A stretch of DNA of 64,000 bases from Eledone cirrhosa. Its lineage: Eukaryota. Location: positions 42,966,001 to 43,030,000 of the forward strand of contig OZ024753.1 of NCBI GenBank assembly GCA_964016885.1, read 5' to 3'. Position numbers and translations under genes: made by a program. Within the stretch, counting starts at the first letter, position 1. Every line of letters starts with the position of its first letter. The notes below the pieces were generated by a model. That model was not told where the DNA came from. It did not search any database and was given only the letters and a program-made list of their open reading frames with translations. This document shows, in pieces, positions 53,638 to 64,000 of the stretch.

Positions 53638-54675
53638 TATTAACACATAGTTTACTATGTGTTTCAATAGTTTCCTAAGTGCTGCTGTTTATTCTTTACA
53701 AAGACATTAATCATTCTTAGTTTATTCAACACCTAACCTTACTTTTAATAAATCATTCATTTTACTTGATCCCGATTCTATTCAAATCGACTAAGCTGTA
53801 ATATAATAGTAGATGGACTATGAAAGAAGATATTATTAACTATCCATCAAAATGGCTTTCACTGTGGCATGTTCAGCTTTTAGAAATTAATACTAATAAT
53901 AATTGTAATAATAATTGTAATAATAATAATAGTAATAATGATTTCTTTATTGGCCACGAGGGCTGACATCAAGAAAAACATTACAGATGGAACAGGACGG
54001 TACGATGTGGGTTTTGTGCATGTAAAAAATAATAATAGTAATAATGATTTCTTTATTAACCACAAGGGTTTACATAAAGTAGACATTAAGGACAGTACAG
54101 GACAATACAGGATGGTACAAATCGGCATTTCTGCGTGTAAAAAAAAAAAACAGAGGATGTAACAAAAAAATAATAATGAAAAATTCCCCAATTCGGAGGA
54201 GACTTCCGAGGGACATTCGTGGAGAAAGCCCATTAAAAAGCCACAGTGACCCTGACCACCAGGGCAAGTGTCCTCTCCCAGTTTTCCACCTTTAATTTAC
54301 AGACACATACTCAGAGTAGGTTCATTCACTCGGGCCATTCTTGTCTCTCTCACCCATCTTTCAATAATAATAATAATAATAATCTTTTCTTTATTAACCA
54401 CAAGGGTTTACACAAAGTAAAACATTAAGGATAGTAATAGTAATAGTTGCTGTAGTAGTAGTAGTAATAACAGGACAAAGCAAATCATTTTTAAATGTCT
54501 GATGTGTGTGGTGTTCTTTTATTAATCTTTTCTTTTTACTACTTTCAGTCGTTAGACTTTGGCCACGCTGGGGCAGCCCCTTAAAAAATGTATTTTAGTT
54601 GATTGTATTGACCCTGTTTTGTTGGTCTCTATCTTTGTTGAACCAAATTCTTGATTGTTTTCAAAATGATTTGTA

Positions 54676-55337
54676 AAGACTGTCTTTTATTAGAAATATG
54701 GTAATGAAAGGGTTTAAGACATAGACAGTGTCTTTCATTAGAAATATGGTAATGAAAAGGTTAATGACATAGACAGTGTCTTTTATTAGAAATATGGTAA
54801 TGAAAGGGTTAAAGACATAGGTAGTGTCTTACATTAGAAATATGGTAATGAAAGGCTTAATGACATAGACAGTGTCTTACATTAGAAATATGGTAATGAA
54901 AGGGTTAATGACATAGACAGGGTTTTTCATTAGAAATATGGTAATGAAAGGGTTAAAGACATAGACAGTGTCTTTCATTAGAAATATGTTAATGAAAGGG
55001 TTAAAGACAGTATCTTTCATTAGAAATATGGTAATGAAAGAGTTAATGACATAGACAGTGTCTTTCATTAGAAATATGGTAATGAAAGGATTAATGACAT
55101 AGACAGTGTCTTTCATTAGAAATATGGTAATGAAAGGGTTAAAGACATAGACAGTGTCTTTCATTAGAAATATGGTAATGAAAGGGTTAAAGACATAGAC
55201 AGTGTCTTTTATTAGAAATATGGTAATGAAAGGGTTAATGACATAGACAGTGTCTTACATTAGAAATATGGTAATGAAAGGGTTAATGACATAGACAGGG
55301 TTTTTCATTAGAAATATGGTAATGAAAGGGTTAAAGA
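54676..55337. repeat. 48-bp x~14 minisatellite containing a TTAA-CCCTTT transposon-end motif
   Basis: Unit AGACAGTGTCTTTCATTAGAAATATGGTAATGAAAGGGTTAAAGACAT. Confidence 0.93.
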
Positions 55338-55734
55338 AAGAATTTGGAAAGCTAATTTCAGATTCTATATTATTTCGATTATTTCCATTGTTGTTTTATC
55401 ATTTTTTTGTGGTGTTTTATTTTTGTTTTCTGGTGTTTTATAATGCTAGATATTGTTTTCGTTTTGTTAGACTCCGTCTTCATCTGATGTAAGGGATTTG
55501 GTAAAATTTGCTCTTCCATCTAAAACCTATATTTTCTTGGTTTGATAATTATAATCTCATAAATAAAATAGAATGAAATTAAATATAAATTAAATTACAT
55601 TTATAAACACACACCTGAAGAATTGCATTTATAAGCACACACCTGAAAAATTGCATTTATAAACACACACCTGAAAAAATTTGTTTTAAAATATGTTCAA
55701 GAATATTTATGGTTACCAACTGAACGAACAAGAT

Positions 55735-56135
55735 AGTAGCAGTGGAGATGGTGGTAGTGGTGGTGGCGGTGTTAGTGGAGGTGTTAGTGGAGGTTGTGGT
55801 GGTGTTAGTAGTGGTAGTGGTGTTAGTGGAGGTTGTGGTGGTGGTGTTAGTGATAGTGGCGTTAGTGGTGGTGGTGGTGGTGGTGTTAGTGGAGGTTGTG
55901 GTGGTGTTAGTAGTAGTAGTGGTGGTGGTGGTGGTGGTATTTCCAAGGAGGGAAGGTCAGTTGGTGAGGTGGTGGAGTTTCCAGGAAGGAAGGTCAATTG
56001 GAGAGGTAGTGGTGGTGGTATTTCCAAGGAGGGAAGGTCAGTTGGAAAGGTGGTGGAAGTATTTCCAAGGTAGGAAGGTCAGTTGGAAAGGTGGTGGTAT
56101 TTCTAAGGAGGGAGGGTCAGCTGGAGAGGTGGTTT
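55735..56135. repeat. (GGT)-rich repeat plus short GGAAGGTCAGTTGG tandem units
   Basis: Direct reading of the sequence. Confidence 0.85.
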
Positions 56136-57172
56136 GCTCCTCAATAACAATGGCAGTAGCACTTTGTTTATAAAATTAACTCACTAATGATAACTGCAGT
56201 CATAATTATTACATTAACGATAACGATGTTGCAGTAATTATTATATTTATTTAGTACGATCATTATCATCATCATCATCATCATCACCACCATTATCATC
56301 ACCATCATCATCACCATTATTATATTTATTTAGTACGATCATTATCATCATCATCATCATCATCATCACCACCTTATCATCATTATCATCTCCATCATTA
56401 TCATCATCATCATCACCACCTTATCATCATCATCATCACCATCATTATCATCATCATCATCACCACCTTATCATCATCATCATCACCATCACCACCATCA
56501 TCACCATCACCATCATCGTCGTTGTTGTTGTTGTTATATTGGAAGGGGTGAAGTGGATGGTGGAGATTTGTGTAGTTACTTTATTTGCCATTATCTGCTG
56601 TTGTTATTGTTGCTGCTGTTGTTGTTGTTGTTGCTATATATGATTAGTACGCCCCTCCCCCCACCTCTCCCATAACAAGCACTGTTACTATTTTCCCCCA
56701 TTTAACAATAATAAGGAAAATAGTAACAGTTCTTGCTATAAAAATGGTTACAGGGAAATAGTAATGATGATGATGATGATGATACCAACGACGACAACAA
56801 CAATAACAAAAATGGTAGTAATGATGACAACAACAGTAATAATAACAGCAATAACAAAAACAGTAATAATAGGAAAGGTGATGATGATGATAACAACAAC
56901 AATAACAATAACAGCAAGAACAAATATAAAAATAATAATTACAATGGTTTCTAAATTAGGCACAAAACCTTAATTTTCTGTGAGGGGAAAAGTCTGTTAT
57001 ATTAACCCCAGTATTCTACTGGTACCGTATTCTATGGATCTTTGAAGTATGAAAGGTAAAGTTGACCTCACTGGGGTGTAAACTCAGAACCTAAAGAGCA
57101 GGAACAAATACGGCAAAACATTTTGTACGACACTTTAATGATTCTGCCAAACAACCATCTTCAAATGACAAC

Positions 57173-57697
57173 AATTGTTTCTACTTTAGGCACAAGGCCA
57201 GCAATTACCCCAGTGTATTACTGGTACTTTATTTTATCGACCCCCCCGTAAGGATGAAAGGCAAAGTTAACCTCGGCGGGATTTGAACTCAGACCATAAA
57301 GGGCCGTAACTCTTTGCTGCAAAGCATGGCGTGCGACCCTCAACTGATACTGCCAATCCACCATCTTCAAATAATTGTTTCTATGTTAGGCACAAGGCCA
57401 GCAATTATCCCAGTGTATTACTGGTACTTTATTTTATTGACCCCGTAAGGATGAAAGGCTAAGTTAACCTCGGCGGGATTTGAACTCAGAATGGCAAGGG
57501 CCGTAACTCTATGCGCCAAAGCATGGCGTCCGACTCTCTACCAATACTGCCAATCCACCATCTTCAAATAATAATAATAATTGTTTCTACTTTTGACACA
57601 AGGCCAGCAATTACCCAAGTGTATTACTGGTACTTTATTTTATTGACCCCGTAAGGATGAAAGGCAAAGTTAACCTCGGTGGGATTTGAACTGAGAA
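57173..57697 (-). mobile_element. Three head-to-tail SINE B copies
   Basis: 57173-57363, 57372-57560 and 57578-57697. An older related copy precedes them at ~56945-57160. Confidence 0.88.
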
Positions 57698-58754
57698 TGT
57701 GACCAAGGTTAGCTATAATAACATTAATGATAATAATAATAAGGCTGATGATAACAACACCAACAACAATAATAATGCTGATAATAACAATAATAATAAT
57801 AATAATGCTGAAAACAACAACAACAACAATCAAGTAAAAAGATGTTTTGAAGGTCTAACAAGGAATAAGATTAAACTGAGCATGACATGTGTGTGGGTAT
57901 GTGGTGTGTGTATGGTGTGTGTGTGGGGGTATGTGGTGTGTGTGTGGGTATGTATGTGTGGGTATGTGGTGTGTGTGTATGGTGTGTGTGTGTGATGTGT
58001 GTATGGTGTGTGTATGGTGTGTGTGTGTGTGTATGGTGTGTGTGTGGGTATGTGGTGTGTGTGTATGTTTTTGTGTTTTATGTGTATATATGCATGCATG
58101 TCTGCATGTGCATTTTATGTATATATATATATGTGTGTGTATGTGTGTTTCTGTATTATGTATGTGTATATATATATATATGTGTGTGTGTATGTGAGTT
58201 TTATTGTGTATAAAAGTATGTGTACACACGTGTGTGAAAGTGTGTAGAAACAGCTGTAATAAAATGTATATATATATATATGTGTGTATATATATAGATG
58301 TGCGTGTGTGTGTGTGTGTATATATATGTGTGTATATATGTGTATGTGTAAACATGAGTGTGTAGAAGTAGCTGTAATAAAATGCTACTCCCAATAAATG
58401 TATGTCTTGAGTATACTTTGTTTTTATATTTCCCTCCTCCTTCTCTTCTCCCCCCCCCCATCCCCCTCCTCCTCCTCTTTATAGATTTTATTTCGTTTTT
58501 GTTTTTTTTTTCATCTATTATTCTTATTTGTCTGTTTTTCTATTTAATGGCATACCAATAAATTTTCAAAATGGAGGACAATTTAGATTTATTTCTTTCT
58601 CTCGCCATTTCACTTGTCTGTTTTTGGCTTATTTTTGTTTGTCTTTACTTTATTTTGTTGGGTTTTTTTTCTATCCAACACTGAAAAAAAAACCAAAAAA
58701 AAACCAACAACACAAACAAACTAATCCCCCCCTCTCTTCTTCATTTCTTTACAG

Positions 58755-58904
58755 GAGCAATATGTGTATGTATATGATGTGCTACTAGAGGCATTGTTAT
58801 GTGGGGATACAACAATATGCTGTGATTCATTTCCATCCTTTTATGCTAGTCTGTGCGAGTTCGATCCTAGCATAGGAAAAAGTAAACTGGAGGAACAATT
58901 TGAG
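58755..58904 (+). CDS. RPTP exon: end of D1 Q-loop and D1-D2 linker (EQYVYVYDVLLEALLCGDTTICCDSFPSFYASLCEFDPSIGKSKLEEQFE)
   Basis: tttctttacag acceptor and gtaaga donor. 150 nt, phase 0-0. EQY..Y..LLEA..CGDT and LEEQF are typical of tandem-domain RPTPs. Confidence 0.93.
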
Positions 58905-58919
58905 GTAAGATATAAATCT

Positions 58920-59151
58920 TTAACCCTTTAACATTTATATTACTCTATATTTACTATTGTATTTTTGTGGTAAAGGCTTTATTTTACATAATTTTCTCAC
59001 ATTATATAATTATCGAATCTACGAGATTTTGACATTTATTTTGAGAAGTGTACCTTAACATTGGTATGAGGGGCCGGTTACGACTGGTTTGAACAGAAAA
59101 AGGGGAAAGAATTCTGGCTGGATATGGCCGATTTAAATGCTAAAGGGTTAA
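58920..59151 (-). mobile_element. TTAA MITE starting 16 nt into the intron after the last exon
   Basis: TTAACCCTTTAACATTTA...TAAATGCTAAAGGGTTAA. Confidence 0.88.
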
Positions 59152-59163
59152 AATAATCTATAT

Positions 59164-59301
59164 CAGGGTTTCCCAAACCTTTTTCAAACGTGGAACACTA
59201 AAGTTTAATATTGTTATATGGTTGTAATATAAATATATTCCTTTACCTTTTTTCATTGAACCTCTGGCACTCTTTTATGGAACCCACTTTGGGAGCCACT
59301 G
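59164..59301. mobile_element. hAT-like MITE
   Basis: CAGGGTTTCCCAAA ... TTTGGGAGCCACTG ends with imperfect 8-bp flanks ATCTATAT/ATCATTAT. Confidence 0.6.
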
Positions 59302-59448
59302 ATCATTATAAATCTTTAAAGTAATCAATATATTTTCATCATGTTTTCTTCATGAAAAGTGGAACTAAAAATGTTGATTTTATAACACGTAAAGTATAAA
59401 ATTAGAATTTGGTTTTGCCCTCTAACATAGCAGATATGTAAATGCATT

Positions 59449-59640
59449 CATCATCATCATTTTACGTCCACTTTTCCCTGCTTGCAAGGGTGGGACGGGT
59501 CCTATTCAGCACAGCATCTCTCCACATGTCACGGTCCTTCGTCATCTCTTCTGTTAGCTTCAGCGATCTGAGGTCTGCTCTCACCACCCCTGTCCATGTT
59601 TTTTGTGGTCTGCCTCTACTGCATCTTCCTTCTACTTCGT
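59449..59640 (-). mobile_element. RTE LINE 3' fragment
   Basis: Reverse complement of the last ~190 nt of the 17305 fragment, more diverged. Confidence 0.85.
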
Positions 59641-60944
59641 GAGTTGTATATCAAATGATAATAACATTAGATTCATTTGCAAGAACGAATGTTGCAAGTC
59701 ATTCTATCTGACACTCTAACAACTTTATCACTTCAACCACCTCAAAAATGTTGCAAACCTGACACTATAACAACTTTACCACTTCACCACCTCAGAAATG
59801 AAAACAAAAAGAAGTCTGTTAACTCGGATTAAATATTATGCAGATGCTTATTAACTCTTAATGAGACCGCATTAACGAGACATTCATAAAAAGTATTTTA
59901 AAAAATACTAAGACTGCATCACATTAAAAGTCTTTACACAATGGTTGTGCCCTAACATGGCCTCAGTTGGTTGGAACACGTAACAGAATAATACACTATC
60001 ACAACAAATGTTACAACAATCTGTCTATTAGTAAGGATACTACTATAAATATTTGAATTGACAATTCCATTTTCAGCTAAATAATGGATGACTAAATAAT
60101 GGATATTTAGAGTTAATTTAATAAAGAAATGTTGTCACTCTACAACTAATTAAGTGTGACATTATTTGAAGACAAAATAAATATAGAAAAGGAAACTGGT
60201 CATAATAAAATACACCCTGTACACTCTGTAAAGTGGTAGTGTTGGTGTCATGATAAAATACACTCAGTACACTCTGTAAAGTGGTAGTGTTGGTGTCATG
60301 ATAAAATACACCCAGTACACTCTGTACATGATAAAAATGCACCCAGTACACTCTGTAAACTAATTGTGTTGGTGCTATGATAATCGGAGACCAACTAAAC
60401 CTACATAGGTGAGAGTTGTAACAACATCAACATGATAAGACTGGGGCCCCTATCATTAAACTTCTAAGAAACCATCTGTCAGATACAACCTTATAAAGGG
60501 CCAGTTAAACTTGCATTTGTGAGCTGTAACAACAACAACAACATAATAGGACTGTGGCCCCTATTATTATAATGCCCTAGAAACTTCCTATGTAATACAA
60601 CCTCATAGAAGGCCAGTAAAACCTACATAGGTGTGAGCTGTAAATTTAATTTCATTTTCATTTTCTGAAACCATATACCAGCTGCTAGCTTCGTGTCTAC
60701 GCATCATTTTAATAATGTTTTAAAAGTATAATTATGTTGAAAATGCCAGTCCTAAAATTGGTTTAAAGTCATAGCTATGCAATAAACAATGTTTTGTTTA
60801 AATGTTTAATGTCCTGTACCACATGAAACCACATTATTGAGACATTCTTGCTAAGTACAAAACAATACAATTAGACCACATTAAATATTAAAATCTTTAC
60901 TTTAATACTACAAATTTTAACAACAACTTGTGTACTAGTAAAGG

Positions 60945-61096
60945 ATGAACTGTGGTTGCTTATTCTATTAACTGTATCCATTCACTGCAGACTTATTATA
61001 TTTAACTGTGCAGCAGAGAAATTCCCATAATGCACTGTAATATATTAAGTCTGCAGTGAATAGACACAGTTAAGAGACTATGCAATCACAGTTCAT
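60945..61096. mobile_element. Imperfect palindromic (MITE-like) element
   Basis: ~58-bp arms ATGAACTGTG...TTCACTGCAGACTTA / TAAGTCTGCAGTGAA...CACAGTTCAT. Confidence 0.6.
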
Positions 61097-61249
61097 TTCT
61101 TATAAGTTCAGTGGTAATGCTTTTTACACTATAAACATTTGAATTAACAAACCTGTTTTTTAGATAAATGATTGCTGGGTGTTTTATTTAATAAGTGACA
61201 GTGGTTGCCTATGTCACCATTTACTCCAGTGTCCATTGACTGGTCATAC

Positions 61250-61519
61250 ATCATCATCATCATCATTTTACATCCGCTTTTCCCTGCTTGCAAGGGTGGG
61301 ACGGGAACTGATTCTGGCTTGATTTCTACAGCTGGATGCCCTTCCTAACACCAACCTCATTTACAGTGAGTGCTGGGTGCTTTTTTGCCGTGGCACCTGC
61401 ACGACCACTTTACAGTGGAATGATAGGGACCCCAGTCCCTATCATCTCATTTCTACAGCTGAGTAAACTGGAGCAATGTGAAATAAAGTGTCTTGCTCGA
61501 GGAAACAACACATCACCCT
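61250..61519 (-). mobile_element. SINE family A lacking the head
   Basis: Matches 40069-40340. A second, older CORE-like SINE follows at ~61560-61790. Confidence 0.85.
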
Positions 61520-62132
61520 AAAATAGTCTAAAGACTGTCTTTAGTCCAGATACTTATGAGGCTGGTGCTTATCTTGATTTTCGTGGCATTAAGCGACTGA
61601 GAGTACAAGACTCCTCACTGGACAGGACATCCATCCATCACAGGGTTAAACCCTCAGCTATTACTGGTACTCATTTTCAGCTGAGTACACTGGAACAATG
61701 TGAAATGAAGTGTTTTGCTCAAGGAAACAACACTCAACCCAATCCAGGAATTGAACCTATTACAGTATTATCATAAGTCCAACACCCTTACTACTACTGG
61801 CGATGATGATGATGATTGTTCTCACAGATTATTTAATCTTTGATCAAGAAAGGACATAATTAATAATAATAATAATTGTTTCTACTTTAGGCACAAGGCC
61901 AGCAATTACCCCAGTGTATTACTGGTACTTTATTTTATCGACCCCTGTAAGGATGAAAGGCAAAGTTAACCCCAATAATAATAATAATAATATATGTGTG
62001 TGTATGTGTTCTTTCTTGAACATGACAGACCTTGTTGTCTCTTGAGGTCACTGGTTGTGACTTGGTGATAACTCATATCAACATAAAGCAAGATAAATGA
62101 AATAATAATGATAATAATGATAATAATAATAA

Positions 62133-62320
62133 TAATTGTTTCTACTTTTGGCACAAGGCCAGCAATTACCCAATACATTACTGGTACTTTATTTTATCGA
62201 CCCCGTAAGGATGAAAGGCAAAGTTAACCTCGGCGGGATTTGAACTCAGACCGTAAAGGGACGTCACTATGCTGGAAAGCATGGCGTCCGACTCTCTACT
62301 GATACTGCCAATCCACCGCC
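62133..62320 (-). mobile_element. SINE family B (a partial copy also at 61873-61972)
   Basis: Full match to the family consensus. Confidence 0.87.
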
Positions 62321-62709
62321 CTTACAATAGTAATAACTCATATGAAAATAAAGCAAGATAAATGAAAGTACATCACAAGTCTAAACACCTAAAGATGCAT
62401 GTGTGAGTATGTATGTTCTTTCTTGAAGATGGCGGACCTTGTTGTCTCTTGAGGTCACTGGTTGTGACTTGGTGATAACTCATATCAACATAAAGCAAGA
62501 TAAATGCAGCTGTAATAATAATAATAATAAAAGACTGCCCTGTTGGGCACTGCATGTATCTTCAGGAAAGTTCTGTCTGTCTAAGGTTACTTGTCGAGAC
62601 TCAACAAACGACAGCAGATACAGTAATCATTATATTTACTGTAACAAACCATCAATAATAATAGTGTTGATGATTGCAGTGATATATAAATATATGGATA
62701 CCTACCTGA

Positions 62710-62724
62710 ATATCTATCTATGTA

Positions 62725-62771
<47 letters not shown>

Positions 62772-62802
62772 CATATATATATATATATATGATATATAGT
62801 AC

Positions 62803-62889
<87 letters not shown>

Positions 62890-63218
62890 CATATATATAT
62901 ATATGTACTATATATATATATATATATTGTATATGTACTATATATATATATATATAGTACATATATATATATATGATATATACATATATATATATATAGT
63001 ACATATATATATAAATGATATATACATATATATATAGTACATATATATATATATGATATATACATATACATATATATATATATATGATATATACATATAC
63101 AGATATATATATATGTGATATATACATATATATATAGTACATATATATATATGTGATATATACATATACACACACACATATATATATATACATATATATA
63201 TATGTACTATATATATAT

Positions 63219-63317
<99 letters not shown>

Positions 63318-63557
63318 AATAAATAGTTACATCTATTAGAAAAGTATATGAGTTTATTAGAAAATAAACAATTAAGCACAGGAAATGTCTGTTTTATATA
63401 TATTGATGTCAGCATATAAATGTATAAACATATATAGCATATATACATATAAACATATATATATATATATATGTGTGTGTAAGTATCTATATATAAACAT
63501 ATATAAATGCATACAAAACATACATTTAAACATATATAGCATATATACATATAAAGA

Positions 63558-63589
<32 letters not shown>

Positions 63590-63622
63590 CATATATATAT
63601 ATACATATAAATATACATATAC

Positions 63623-63671
<49 letters not shown>

Positions 63672-63885
63672 TACATATATATATATATACATATATATAT
63701 ATAGACATATATAAATGCATACAAAACATACATTTAAACATACATACACTTAATATAGATTTGCTAGTGAAGACAAACACACACACACACACACATACAT
63801 ACATACATACATATATATGTATACAGATATTAATATTCATACATCTATATACACACACACACACACAGACACACACACACACAAG
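62710..63885. repeat. Long compound (TA)/(CA) microsatellite region
   Basis: Direct reading of the sequence. Confidence 0.92.
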
Positions 63886-64000
63886 CACTGCCACCACCAA
63901 GCCCCACCCCACCCCACGCTATATATAATATATATAATTAAATGTAACGGCATTATTGATTGTCCAACTACTACAACTGTAATTATTTTAGTGCCTGAAA

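Noticed and set aside
52104-53678. 524-aa Met-rich and 512-aa Ser-rich ORFs (also poly-D/G at 34567, TTHY at 39024 and many YI ORFs)
   Set aside because: Trinucleotide or dinucleotide repeat artefacts.
53930-54430. Three repeats of TTCTTTATTRRCCACRAGGG after (TAA)n
   Set aside because: Most likely ordinary minus-strand LINE 3' end stubs with AATAAA. No further structure seen.

Overview
AT-rich, microsatellite-dense eukaryotic DNA. The SINE, RTE and MITE content suggests a coleoid cephalopod such as Octopus (inference). The window is the interior of one + strand gene encoding a receptor-type (tandem-domain) protein tyrosine phosphatase. Four GT-AG exons (11865-11984, 16881-17029, 37762-37897, 58755-58904) encode the KCxQYWP, WPD, HCSAGVGRTG and QT..QY motifs of PTP domain D1 and the start of the D1-D2 linker. 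The introns between them are 4.9, 20.7 and 20.9 kb. Almost all long ORFs in the ORF track are repeat artefacts. The introns hold tRNA-derived SINEs, RTE LINE fragments, TTAA/hAT/Tc1-like MITEs and several minisatellites seeded from TE fragments. The most striking unannotated signal is at least six families of short elements, mostly sitting in or next to (TA)n tracts, that carry type I hammerhead ribozymes. Their cores are minimal, have palindromic stem III and include U3-A8, U10.1-U11.1 and extra-A variants. Several are mirrored into near-perfect ~50-bp hairpins whose arms co-vary from copy to copy, and they share a TATTGAGTAC tail motif ~40 nt after the predicted cleavage site. They look like non-autonomous Penelope-like (retrozyme-like) elements that rebuild their 5' end by fold-back synthesis. 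Ribozyme folds were assigned by eye and are untested.
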